Shown: positions 25,694-34,659, numbered from the stretch's first letter. The stretch: DNA of 48,152 bases from Verrucomicrobiia bacterium (GCA_947460915.1 CANHKJ010000001.1:1-48152); one strand, 5' to 3'. A program made the numbers and translations. Notes: generated from the sequence alone by a model not told the origin.

Positions 25694-26587
25694 TCAGCGT
25701 CCGCGTTTGCTGATGCGCCGTTTAAGGAGGGCGTGAAGCGCGGGAGTTGGGTCTTGATCGGTCTCTAAGTCGGTAAAATCAAGGCCGTGTTTTTTGAATA
25801 AAGAGAGCACACCTTCGTGTTGGCGTTTCATCAATTTTTCATATGCCATACGAAGGTTGGAGTTCGAGGTATTGATCGAGGTTTGCCAGCCTGTTTCGGA
25901 ATCTTCCAGAGTCACGCGACCAGCTCGCGGTAGTTTTTTTTCTAACGGATCGGTTACTCGGATCGCGATAGTGTCGTGTTTCGCGGCAAGTTTCCCCAGT
26001 GCTTTATCGAGCGGGTCGGCGAGGAAATCTGAGATCAAAAATACGAGAGACTTCCGCGGCAGTGCTTGCAATAAGGTCGAGGCAGCGGCTTCGAGGGATG
26101 TGCCAAGCTTGTTAGGCTGTGCGACGAGGATTTCTCGAACCAAACGCAATAAATGCTTGGTGCCTTTCGCTGGTGGTATGAACATCAGCGTCTCTGCTGC
26201 AAAGAGTAGCAGTCCGCATTTATCTCCATTCTGGAGCGCAGAAAACCCGAGCGTTGCTGCGATCTCTGCAGCGATTTCACGTTTAGAAAACTGCACAGAT
26301 CCGTAGTCTGACGAACCGCTTACGTCCACTGCAATCATTACGTTGAGCTCGCGTTCTTCGCGGAATTTACGAATGAACGGTGATCCCATGCGCGCGGTGA
26401 CATTCCAGTCGATGAAACGAATTTCATCTCCGTGCTGGTACTCGCGGAAGTCATCGAAGTCGAGCCCCTGGCCCTTGAAGGAGGATTGGTATTCTCCCGA
26501 AAAGGATTCGCGCACGAGCCTGCGGGCCTTGAGTTCGAGCTTGCGAACCCTGGCCATCATTTCTTCCACTTGTTCGTCAGCTGTCAT
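25694..26587 (-). CDS. DUF58-domain protein (MoxR-associated, VWA-like)
   Basis: FKGQGLDFDDFREYQHGDEIRFIDWNVTAR and VDVSGS motifs. Immediately downstream of moxR. Confidence 0.88.
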   Translation of the reverse strand: MTADEQVEEMMARVRKLELKARRLVRESFSGEYQSSFKGQGLDFDDFREYQHGDEIRFIDWNVTARMGSPFIRKFREERELNVMIAVDVSGSSDYGSVQFSKREIAAEIAATLGFSALQNGDKCGLLLFAAETLMFIPPAKGTKHLLRLVREILVAQPNKLGTSLEAAASTLLQALPRKSLVFLISDFLADPLDKALGKLAAKHDTIAIRVTDPLEKKLPRAGRVTLEDSETGWQTSINTSNSNLRMAYEKLMKRQHEGVLSLFKKHGLDFTDLETDQDPTPALHALLKRRISKRGR

Positions 26588-26599
26588 GCGTAGAGAAAA

Positions 26600-27583
26600 T
26601 TACGGGACGGGGATTTTTGAAACGAGACGTGCGATGATGACGTCGGTATTAACGTTTTCTGCCTCTGCTTCGTAGGTTACCAAAATCCGGTGACGCAGCA
26701 CATCGTGGACCATGTCTTTGACGTCTTGGGGGATTACATAGGCGCGGCCGTTCATAAAGGCGCGGGCTCGTGCGCTGAGTGCGAGGTTGATTGTGCCGCG
26801 AGGTGATGCTCCTGCTCGGATGAGGTTTTTCAGCGGCGCGTCATATTTGATCGGGTCGCGAGTGGCATTGATGATTTGAACGATGTATTGGCGGATCGCT
26901 GGGTCGATGTAAACGGTGTTTACGAGTTCGCGAGAGTAGGCGATTTGCTCGGGGGTGGCGACGGTGTGTGTGATGTAAGCTGGGGCCGAAGTAGCCATGC
27001 GATCGAGGATGATCAACTCTTCTTCAGGAGTCGGGTAGTTGACAGTGACTTTGAGCAAGAAACGGTCGAGCTGTGCCTCGGGAAGTTGATAGGTTCCCTC
27101 TTGATCGATCGGGTTCTGCGTTGCCAAAACAAGGAAGGGTTCAGGGAGTTTGTAAGTTTTATCCCCCAATGTAACCTGACGCTCTTGCATCGCCTCTAGC
27201 AACGCAGATTGTACCTTGGCGGGGGCGCGGTTGATTTCGTCAGCGAGAATCAAGTTGTTGAAAATGGGGCCAAGCTTAGGTGCAAACGAAGTCGATTGCG
27301 GATTGTAGACCATGGTGCCAACGAGGTCGGCTGGCAACAAGTCTGGGGTGAATTGGAAGCGAGAGAAAGTGGTTTGAAGGCAGCCAGAAAGCGCCTTGAC
27401 AGCCAGTGTTTTTGCGAGACCGGGCACACCTTCGAGCAAGATGTGACCATTGCAGAGGAGGCCGATCAGCAGGCGGTCCACCAATTGATCTTGGCCGACC
27501 AGCACCTGCGCCATCTCGGTTTTTACGGCTTGGATCCAGTGACTGGTTTCGGCAATGCGGGCTTGGGATTCTTCAATAGTCAT
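26600..27583 (-). CDS. MoxR-family AAA+ ATPase
   Basis: 327 aa with LLEGVPGLAKT (Walker A), ILADEINRAPAKVQSALLEAMQE (Walker B / sensor) and ...GASPRG. Confidence 0.93.
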   Translation of the reverse strand: MTIEESQARIAETSHWIQAVKTEMAQVLVGQDQLVDRLLIGLLCNGHILLEGVPGLAKTLAVKALSGCLQTTFSRFQFTPDLLPADLVGTMVYNPQSTSFAPKLGPIFNNLILADEINRAPAKVQSALLEAMQERQVTLGDKTYKLPEPFLVLATQNPIDQEGTYQLPEAQLDRFLLKVTVNYPTPEEELIILDRMATSAPAYITHTVATPEQIAYSRELVNTVYIDPAIRQYIVQIINATRDPIKYDAPLKNLIRAGASPRGTINLALSARARAFMNGRAYVIPQDVKDMVHDVLRHRILVTYEAEAENVNTDVIIARLVSKIPVP

Positions 27584-27704
27584 GAGTGATGGATGTTAAT
27601 CGATGCAATATGGGGTAGTAACGACGCCGCGCAACTTGATTGTGCAATCAAAAACGATTTTCACGAAAAAAGTTCACTCAGCGCTGCGATGTGGAAGCGC
27701 GTAA

Positions 27705-28529
27705 TCAGAGGCAAACACGACGGAATAACTCGTCGAGAGGCAGTTGCATGCCGATGTAGAAATCTCCGAATTCACCGTAACGGGCCGATACTTCATCAAA
27801 TCGCATTTCATAAACGATGGCTTTGATGTCGATCGTATCTTTGGCAAGCAGGGTGACTCCCCATTCATGCTCATCGAGACCTGTAGAGCCAGTGATCAAT
27901 TGTAGAATACGACCTGCATAGGTGCGGCCTACGCGAGCGTGACCAGACATCAGTTCACGACGAGCGTCAAAATTCAGCGAATACCAATTGTCATTGCCGC
28001 TTCGGCGTTTCGACATCGGGTAGAAGCAAACAATTGGCCAGTCGGGCAATACAGGGTAGAGGCGATGCTTGAGATAGTGAGTCATGCGCTCCTCAAATTC
28101 CTTAAGTGCGGTCTCGAATTCAGGAGAGCCCTCCGTGAGTCCCTTTTCACCAAGAAGTGTTTCCTTGATGTATTCTTCAGCGGTGGTCGTGTATTCCGAG
28201 CTCTCGGTTTGCGAAAGATAGGAGTAGCATGGATTCAGAATGTCTGGTCCGAGCGAGAGGCTGAGTCGTTTTTCAAAAGCATTGGCGATTTGCAGATCGG
28301 GAGTGAGCAGCATGAATCCGATGTCGGCCTTGGGGGTGGCGATCGAGAAGGTGAGAAGATGCGTGTCCTTGGTGGATCGAATTTCTTGCACTAGCTCGGT
28401 CATATTGGTTTTGGCCGCGCGCTTTTCCTCTTGGCTAAGACAGTTCCATTGGGAATGGTCGATTTGATAAAACAAATGCATGACATGCCATCCCTCGCGC
28501 GGGACTAGTGGTGTGGTTTGTGTGCTCAT
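27705..28529 (-). CDS. Chlorite dismutase-family protein (HemQ/coproheme decarboxylase-like)
   Basis: 274 aa. GWHVMHLFYQID at the N-terminus, FYPMSKRR..NWY, and RRELMSGHARVGRTY containing the conserved proximal His context. Confidence 0.78.
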   Translation of the reverse strand: MSTQTTPLVPREGWHVMHLFYQIDHSQWNCLSQEEKRAAKTNMTELVQEIRSTKDTHLLTFSIATPKADIGFMLLTPDLQIANAFEKRLSLSLGPDILNPCYSYLSQTESSEYTTTAEEYIKETLLGEKGLTEGSPEFETALKEFEERMTHYLKHRLYPVLPDWPIVCFYPMSKRRSGNDNWYSLNFDARRELMSGHARVGRTYAGRILQLITGSTGLDEHEWGVTLLAKDTIDIKAIVYEMRFDEVSARYGEFGDFYIGMQLPLDELFRRVCL

Positions 28530-28546
28530 AGAGAAATAGAAAATGG

Positions 28547-29818
28547 TTAACGCCGATCGGTGCCGATTGGAGTGGTGAACAATAGGCGAAATTGATCGCT
28601 GCTTGTGTTGTCAGATGGACCCTCATAGACCTTAATTGTCCACGGTTTGCCTAGTCCAGCGCGGTAGGCTTCTTGCTCGCCAAAGTCGACAAAACCTGCT
28701 GTGGAGGAAAATACTCGGGTTTCCTCAGCGGAGAGAGTGAATTTACCCTCCGTGAAATTCTGCGTCACCGTATCACCGACGATGTCGCCTTTTTCATTGT
28801 GAAACATCACTCGTAAAGCTCCCTGCGTGGCTTCGCTTCCGAGGGTGATCTCAATGACGGGCAGTAATTTGACATCAAGCTTGATTGGATCGCGGTTGGG
28901 CCCATCCTTGATCGGGGGACGCCAATAAGTGACAGCGCGTACCACCTCGGCAATCTGTCCTTTCACGGGGTAATCCGGTTTGGCGTAAGTCTTTTTTTCG
29001 GTGAGATTTGCGCGATATGAGCTGATTATAAAAAATGCTCCTACGATGATAATGAGCAGAAAAGCTACTGATGCGATTGCTTCAGTGGGTGAAAACTTGG
29101 TAAATTGAATCGAGGGCGTAGCGGTAATTTCCGGCGCAGGATCGGGTGTGTTTTCCAGCTCACTTGATGCGACTGATTCTATTTTCTCGGGGTCCAGCAT
29201 TTTTTCAGGAGCTGGCTCAGGTTTTTCTTCTTCAGTAGTGACTGCGACCAATACGGGCTTTTCAGGCACAGGTGTGATGTTTGTCACTGCGATGGATTGA
29301 GGCGTCTCGGCATCGTTTTTTGTCAAAACCGGTGCGATTTCTTCTTCATTAAATTTTTCCGCTGAGCCAGCCTGACTCGCTATTTCATTCGTAAAATCTC
29401 CCCAGATTTCATCTTCTGTAGCTGCCACAGCTAACCGGCTTGGCAAGGCGTATTTTGATTCGGTCGGATTGGAAAGTTTGATCTCGATCGAGTGGACAGA
29501 GATGTTGCGCTTGAGTGCTGACTTATCGTCCTCAGATAATGCAACATGCATATCTTCATCCGTCTCGGCAAATGGTCTAGATTCCTCATCCTGTGTAAGA
29601 GATTTGTCTTGTATTTGCTTGGTGGCAGCGTCCTCCGTTTTTTCGAGTGCGCTGATTTCTGTCACAGGAGTCACTCCGGGCGTGGTGGATGAGTCATCGT
29701 CCTCTAAATTCCAAAGATCCATCTCCTTGTCATACGCGCCTTGGTTTTTTGGGAGCTTATACAACGTGGGATTTTGAACCGGCTTGGGCTTTTGGTTATC
29801 AGGATTCGATTGTGACAT
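28547..29818 (-). CDS. Hypothetical single-pass membrane protein: a long acidic, probably disordered N-region, one TM segment, and a beta-rich C-domain of about 150 aa
   Basis: The start is set at the ATG at 29818 (MSQSNPDNQ...). The longer ORF to 29983 would overlap the divergent ferredoxin gene. TM segment AIASVAFLLIIIVGAFFII. I recognise no family. Confidence 0.55.
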   Translation of the reverse strand: MSQSNPDNQKPKPVQNPTLYKLPKNQGAYDKEMDLWNLEDDDSSTTPGVTPVTEISALEKTEDAATKQIQDKSLTQDEESRPFAETDEDMHVALSEDDKSALKRNISVHSIEIKLSNPTESKYALPSRLAVAATEDEIWGDFTNEIASQAGSAEKFNEEEIAPVLTKNDAETPQSIAVTNITPVPEKPVLVAVTTEEEKPEPAPEKMLDPEKIESVASSELENTPDPAPEITATPSIQFTKFSPTEAIASVAFLLIIIVGAFFIISSYRANLTEKKTYAKPDYPVKGQIAEVVRAVTYWRPPIKDGPNRDPIKLDVKLLPVIEITLGSEATQGALRVMFHNEKGDIVGDTVTQNFTEGKFTLSAEETRVFSSTAGFVDFGEQEAYRAGLGKPWTIKVYEGPSDNTSSDQFRLLFTTPIGTDRR

Positions 29819-29939
29819 AGGGTGGGATGAACAGAAGGAAGCTACCCAAGAAAAAAACCAAAATAAAGAGAAAAACGAAAAAACTGATTGCAAGAAGCAA
29901 TAAATGAGGCGATGGAAGCGGTGCACAACCACTATCAGT

Positions 29940-30173
29940 ATGGCTGACAAAGAAGATCGTAACCAAGAAAACGTTGTAGGCAAGTTTTATGTCGATAGTT
30001 CCTGTATCGACTGTGATTTGTGCCGTGAAACGGCTCCGCAAAATTTCACCCGCTCTGATGACGAAGGCTACTCGTTTGTATACAACCAGCCTACGACAAC
30101 GGAGGAGGAAGAGCAATGCCGTGAAGCGATGGAGGGATGCCCGGTTGAGGCGATTGGCGACGATGGCGAGTAA
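29940..30173 (+). CDS. Small single-cluster ferredoxin
   Basis: 77 aa. FYVDSSCIDCDLCRETAP...CPVEAI: CxxCxxC...CP ligands, acidic composition. Confidence 0.75.
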   Translation: MADKEDRNQENVVGKFYVDSSCIDCDLCRETAPQNFTRSDDEGYSFVYNQPTTTEEEEQCREAMEGCPVEAIGDDGE

Positions 30174-30549
30174 GCCTTCAAAAAAATGGAGTGCGCAGGA
30201 ATTTTTGCGCCGACAGGTCAAACGCGAGTGGAGGGGATTTGATGATGCCCTCGATTTGAATGAAGGCGTTCACCTTCCATCCGAATTCATAGCTGAGATC
30301 ATCCGCAGTGCTGGCCTCGCTGAAGGAATGGAAGAGGAGAAACTGCGTGCGCTCTGGGCGGATTTAGCAGGGTCTTACATTGCGAAGGCGAGTCAACCAC
30401 AATCTCTTAAGCGTGGCCTGCTTACAATACGTGTGACACAACCGGCCATGCGTTTTCATTTGGAGCAGATGCGTGGGAGTTTATTGAAGAAAATTCAGCA
30501 GGCTGCCGGCAATGATAAAATTCAGTCTATTCGTTTCTCCGTAGGATAA
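30163..30549 (+). CDS. DUF721-domain protein (DciA-like)
   Basis: 128 aa from the ATG at 30163. LRALWADLAGSYIAKASQPQSLKRGLLTIRVTQPAMRFHLEQMRGSLLKKI matches the DUF721 pattern (W..ivG..i...t.p..l..g.L.i.v.s..w...L). Overlaps the ferredoxin stop by 11 nt. Confidence 0.6.
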   Translation: MASKPSKKWSAQEFLRRQVKREWRGFDDALDLNEGVHLPSEFIAEIIRSAGLAEGMEEEKLRALWADLAGSYIAKASQPQSLKRGLLTIRVTQPAMRFHLEQMRGSLLKKIQQAAGNDKIQSIRFSVG

Positions 30550-30554
30550 TTTTT

Positions 30555-31190
30555 ATGTATCGTAACTTAATTTTTGATTGGTCTGGCACTTTGGTTGACG
30601 ACTTAGCGCCAACCTTGGAGGCAACCAATGCCGTTTTTGGCATTTACGGTCGTGCAGCGATGGATCGCGATGAGTTTCGTCGTCTGTTTCGTCTCCCGTA
30701 TTCCGAATTTTATGAAGAGCATCTTCCTGGCATTGCTCTTGCAGATTTGGAGTATCACTTTCGCAAAGCCTTTGCGGAATCTCCTGTTGCAGTGACCGTT
30801 TTGCCTCATGCACGTGAAAAGTTAGAGTGGTGTCGTGAGCATGGCGTGCGTTGCTTTGTGCTGACCAGCATGGATCGCGATACCTTTGAAGGGCAACTCG
30901 ATGACCTCAATATGCGCCATTACTTCGAGGCAACATATTCGGGTGTGGTGGATAAACGTGAAGTCATCGGAAATTTAGTTAGAAACCATCAACTCGATGT
31001 TTCACAAACCGCTTTTTTAGGGGATATGATCCACGACATTGTCACAGCCAAGCATGGCGGAGTAGCAAGTGTGGGTTTGCTGACTGGATATACGCACCGC
31101 GAGGTGCTGCAGGCACAGCAGCCCGATTGGTTAATGGCGGATCTTCGCGAATTCCGTGAAATGTTAGATCAAAACCGTCGCAGTTCATGA
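30555..31190 (+). CDS. HAD-superfamily hydrolase (phosphoglycolate-phosphatase-like fold) with an atypical motif I, DWSGT
   Basis: LIFDWSGTLVDD (motif I), VLTS (motif II), and GDMIHD (motif IV-like). Confidence 0.78.
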   Translation: MYRNLIFDWSGTLVDDLAPTLEATNAVFGIYGRAAMDRDEFRRLFRLPYSEFYEEHLPGIALADLEYHFRKAFAESPVAVTVLPHAREKLEWCREHGVRCFVLTSMDRDTFEGQLDDLNMRHYFEATYSGVVDKREVIGNLVRNHQLDVSQTAFLGDMIHDIVTAKHGGVASVGLLTGYTHREVLQAQQPDWLMADLREFREMLDQNRRSS

Positions 31191-31546
31191 GTAGGAAAAT
31201 TTTTATCAACGGTCTGAGAATCTCTTGTCATGTAGGTGTTCCGGACGAGGAAATAGCGGTAGCTCAGGAGTTGTCCTTAGATGTGGTATTGACTGCTCAG
31301 CAAGACTGGACGGATTTGCTTGATGACATCGCCAAAACCATTGATTACGCTGAAGTGGTAACTTCCTTGGAAGGACTTGCGCAGAGTAAACCAAGGCGTT
31401 TGATTGAAACGCTAGCGGTGGAGATTGTAGATTTTCTGTTAGAAAATTATTCAGTTTCGCACGTAAGCGTAAAGGTTATTAAGATGATACTGCCTCAGAC
31501 AAGTTCCGTTGCGGTGATGGTAGAAAAAAATAGGCGTCCGGAGTGA
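31187..31546 (+). CDS. folB: Dihydroneopterin aldolase
   Basis: 119 aa. I.INGLRISCHVGVPDEE....Q.L.LDV.L......DDI..TIDYAEV......KP.RLIETLA matches the FolB pattern. 4 nt overlap with the HAD gene. Confidence 0.82.
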   Translation: MSRKIFINGLRISCHVGVPDEEIAVAQELSLDVVLTAQQDWTDLLDDIAKTIDYAEVVTSLEGLAQSKPRRLIETLAVEIVDFLLENYSVSHVSVKVIKMILPQTSSVAVMVEKNRRPE

Positions 31547-31579
31547 CCGAGACGCCTGATTCTCAATCATTGAGTTAAT

Positions 31580-32380
31580 TCATTTGTCCTTGGGCGCTGC
31601 CTCATTGAGTTGCTGGTCGACCTTGCTGCCGTAGAAGCTCTCGATGTAGCCAAACTCGATGAGGGTGTCTTGCCATGGAGCGGTGACAGCGGCATTGCCA
31701 AAAACGCGATTGGCAATCTGCATCCACTCCTCGGCCTTCATGACATCGTTATCACGGAAGCAGAGGGATGCTTGCGCGTAGTAGTAGAAGGGTGAGTCAT
31801 CATCAAGCGGATTATATTTTTTCGCCAGGGCATTTACTTCGGAATTTTTGCTCTGTGCAATTTGGCAGAGCAAAAGCTTAAACTCGACGAGCCGGCGTGT
31901 AGCAAGATCGCCTTCGGGTATTTTTTTCAAAGTAAGCTCCAGTTTTTCCTCCGCTGATTTCCACTGACGGGTAACAAATTCCAGCTCAGCGATGTTAAAG
32001 ATGACTGCCGCGAGACCGGGCTCTAGGGCTAAGGCTTTGTCAAACTCAACACGGGCTTTTTGAAAGTCGCGAAATTCTACATAGCAGCTTCCAAGCATAT
32101 TATGAATTTCCGAGTTTTTGTCGAAAATTTTCCGCGCGTTGGCAATTTCATCCATTGATTCAAAAATTCGCTTTTGATTGAATAATCGGCGCACTTCATC
32201 CATGTGCTTCAAGTAGTCGATGCGCTTTTGCTCGGGCAAGTTGGTAAACTCGCGCTGAATAGCATTGAGCTCAGGTGTTTTCTTGGCTACTGAGTCATCC
32301 AAAGCGGGGGTTTGCGCAAAAGATAGCGTGCAGATGTTGAATAAAACGAGTCCGTTGATCCATGATTTTACACTTGGCAT
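31580..32380 (-). CDS. Secreted TPR-repeat protein
   Basis: Signal peptide ...LFNICTLSFAQTP, and several 34-aa TPR-like units (e.g. NMLGSCYVEFRDFQKARVEFDKALALEPG). Confidence 0.7.
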   Translation of the reverse strand: MPSVKSWINGLVLFNICTLSFAQTPALDDSVAKKTPELNAIQREFTNLPEQKRIDYLKHMDEVRRLFNQKRIFESMDEIANARKIFDKNSEIHNMLGSCYVEFRDFQKARVEFDKALALEPGLAAVIFNIAELEFVTRQWKSAEEKLELTLKKIPEGDLATRRLVEFKLLLCQIAQSKNSEVNALAKKYNPLDDDSPFYYYAQASLCFRDNDVMKAEEWMQIANRVFGNAAVTAPWQDTLIEFGYIESFYGSKVDQQLNEAAPKDK

Positions 32381-32541
32381 GACTCAGTTACTAGCCGAAT
32401 TGAGCGGTCTTGGCAAGCGGTAGATTGCCCAAGAAGAAATATTTTTTCCGAGCGTAGTATCCGTTCCCTACTGATTGGTGTTTCAAGAAATCCACTCTTG
32501 TCACAAACAGATCCCCATGCTAGCTTCGCTCACAAGCAAAC

Positions 32542-33534
32542 ATGAAAACACGCGCACTGGTATTTTTCCTCGGACTTCTGTCTGTGGCATTCGCACAAGA
32601 TCCGCAACGCGATCCGAAACGTTTACCAGTCAATGATAAAAAAGTGCCTGCTGGTGTAGAAGACATGCTCGCCATCGAGGCTGCCCTCAAGTCGGTCTTG
32701 CCGCCTGCGCGCAATGCAACAGTTTGCTTGGAATTGGGGCAGGGTTCAGGTTCGGGTGTGATCATTTCTGCTGATGGTCTGATCCTCACGGCTGCTCACG
32801 TATCGGGCGGTGTCGCTAAGGATATTACGGCTATTCTGGCTGATGGTCGTAAGGTCAAGTGTGAATCTCTGGGTCTCAATTCTGAGACAGATTCGGCGAT
32901 GGTGAAAATCCTCGACAAAGGCCCATTTCCGTTCGTTGAGTTGGATAAAAGCGATTTTACGCGACTGGGTGACTGGGTTTTTTCGCTTGGTCACTCGGGA
33001 GGCTATGACAAGGATCGTGGTGCAGGTGTGCGCCTAGGGCGATTGGTTAAAGTCGCGGATTCTACTTTGCAGAGCGATTGCACCTTGATCGGTGGCGACT
33101 CTGGCGGCCCGCTTTTTGACTTGGCAGGTCGCTTGATCGGCATTCACTCTCGCGTTGGGCAAAGATTAGGCGAAAACATGCATGTTCCGATTCGCGAATT
33201 TGTGCGACATTGGGATGACTTGGCTGCTGGTAAATTCATCGGTGAGGGACCTTTTGCCGAGAAGCCCAAAAAAGGCACAGGATTTCTTGGCATAGGCACG
33301 GAGGACTCCGGCGAAGGAAAGATCCGTGTGACCAAGATCGGCCGCGAATCTCCTGCGGAAAATGCAGGAATCAAGGTTGGTGACTTCATTGTCGCGATCG
33401 ATGGTAAAAAGTTGAAAGACAAAGAGGCCATGCAGAAGTATTTGAAAGATAAAGCTGCCGACGAAAAGATCACGATCTTGCTCTTGCGCGAGGGTAAGGA
33501 TAAAGAAATTATCCTGCGCCTTGGGGCACGATAA
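32542..33534 (+). CDS. Secreted trypsin-like serine protease with a C-terminal PDZ domain (HtrA/DegP-like, catalytic triad intact)
   Basis: Signal peptide. LTAAHV (His), DSAMVKI (Asp), GGDSGGPLFD (Ser). C-terminal PDZ GIKVGDFIVAIDGKKL. Confidence 0.85.
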   Translation: MKTRALVFFLGLLSVAFAQDPQRDPKRLPVNDKKVPAGVEDMLAIEAALKSVLPPARNATVCLELGQGSGSGVIISADGLILTAAHVSGGVAKDITAILADGRKVKCESLGLNSETDSAMVKILDKGPFPFVELDKSDFTRLGDWVFSLGHSGGYDKDRGAGVRLGRLVKVADSTLQSDCTLIGGDSGGPLFDLAGRLIGIHSRVGQRLGENMHVPIREFVRHWDDLAAGKFIGEGPFAEKPKKGTGFLGIGTEDSGEGKIRVTKIGRESPAENAGIKVGDFIVAIDGKKLKDKEAMQKYLKDKAADEKITILLLREGKDKEIILRLGAR

Positions 33535-33559
33535 GCAACGCAACATTTTTATCACGAAT

Positions 33560-34597
33560 ATGAAAAGGATGATTCCAACAACGGTGCTAATGCTGACGGT
33601 TTGTATGAGCTCGTTTACCCAAGGCTACGAAACTCTCGAATCGGAGTATCGCAGCAATGGCTCGCTGATGCACGGTCTGCTTGAGCGCCCAAAGCAATCT
33701 CTTTTTGAGTTCAGTGCTGTGATCTACAGTGGGCGGGAAGAAATCGCCTATGGGATCGTGGTGGAAGAAACAGGATATGTCATTTCAAAGGCGAGCGAGG
33801 TGATTGAGGCGGATGATCTGAAAATGCGCATCGGTGCCACGCAGTATGAACCCGTGCAAATTGTAGCCACTGATTCAGCGTGGGATGTTTGCTTACTGAA
33901 AACTAAAGCTACAGGCTTAAAGGTCGCTCATTTTGCCGATGATAGCCAAGTTGATCAGGGAACTTGGGTGGTCACGAATGGGGCAACGACACGTCGGGAG
34001 CGCTGGCCTCAACTTGGCATCATCAGTGCCAATGCTCGCGAAATCCGCGCCGAAGGTGGTGCTGTTTTGGGTATCGAAATTAATGAGGGGAAATCAGGAT
34101 TGGAGATCGGTGAAGTTCCTGAAAAAAGCGGTGCTTATCGTGCTGGACTGCGTAAGGGTGACAAGATCATCAAGATTGCCGATAAGAAAATATCCAAGCG
34201 GGACGATGTGGCTGATATCATGAAAGACCGCCGAGTGGGAGAAAAAATTTCCGTCGTTTATCTTCGTAATGGCAAGCAGGTGAGAGTTGAGGTTGAGTTG
34301 ATGGGGCGGGCTGATACATTTGGTGCGCAGCAATCGCGCAATGATACGATGAGTGGTGATTACTCTAAACGTCGTAGTGGTTTTCCGCGCGTGTTACAAC
34401 ACGATGTGCAAGGCAATCGCGTTACGGTAGGTGGTCCATTGTTAGATCTAGAAGGTCGCTGCATTGGCATGAACATTGCCCGTGCGAATCGTGCCGAAAG
34501 TTTTGCCATCCCTCTGGAGGAATTGCGCGATGTCATTTCGCGTCTACTCACGCAAGCGATGCAAAACAAGGCGGATGCTACTGATGCGCCGCGTTAA
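33560..34597 (+). CDS. HtrA-like paralog lacking the catalytic His and Ser, with its PDZ domain inserted inside the protease fold (predicted pseudoprotease)
   Basis: YVISKASEV occupies the place of ..LTNAHV and VTVGGPLLDLEGRCIGMN the place of GNSGGPL..G..IG. The Asp context DVCLLK is retained. PDZ (GLRKGDKIIKIADKKI) lies between GIISA and VLQHDV. Confidence 0.7.
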   Translation: MKRMIPTTVLMLTVCMSSFTQGYETLESEYRSNGSLMHGLLERPKQSLFEFSAVIYSGREEIAYGIVVEETGYVISKASEVIEADDLKMRIGATQYEPVQIVATDSAWDVCLLKTKATGLKVAHFADDSQVDQGTWVVTNGATTRRERWPQLGIISANAREIRAEGGAVLGIEINEGKSGLEIGEVPEKSGAYRAGLRKGDKIIKIADKKISKRDDVADIMKDRRVGEKISVVYLRNGKQVRVEVELMGRADTFGAQQSRNDTMSGDYSKRRSGFPRVLQHDVQGNRVTVGGPLLDLEGRCIGMNIARANRAESFAIPLEELRDVISRLLTQAMQNKADATDAPR

Positions 34598-34659
34598 AAT
34601 ACAGACCCTAGGAAGAAATCTTGCACTCGCTTGGATCTGCTGCTAGGTCTGTGTTGCGT

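Noticed and set aside
29799-30221. 140-aa minus-strand ORF, and the 55-codon N-terminal extension of ORF 28547..29983
   Set aside because: Both overlap the ferredoxin gene on the opposite strand and consist of Phe/Leu/Ser-rich text derived from an A/T-rich promoter region. The ATG at 29818 (MSQSNP...) is the sensible start.
31535-31575. Hairpins (GGCGTC...GACGCC and CTCAAT-C-ATTGAG) between the convergent folB and TPR genes as terminators
   Set aside because: The stems are short and neither is followed by a U-tract on either strand. Too weak to annotate.
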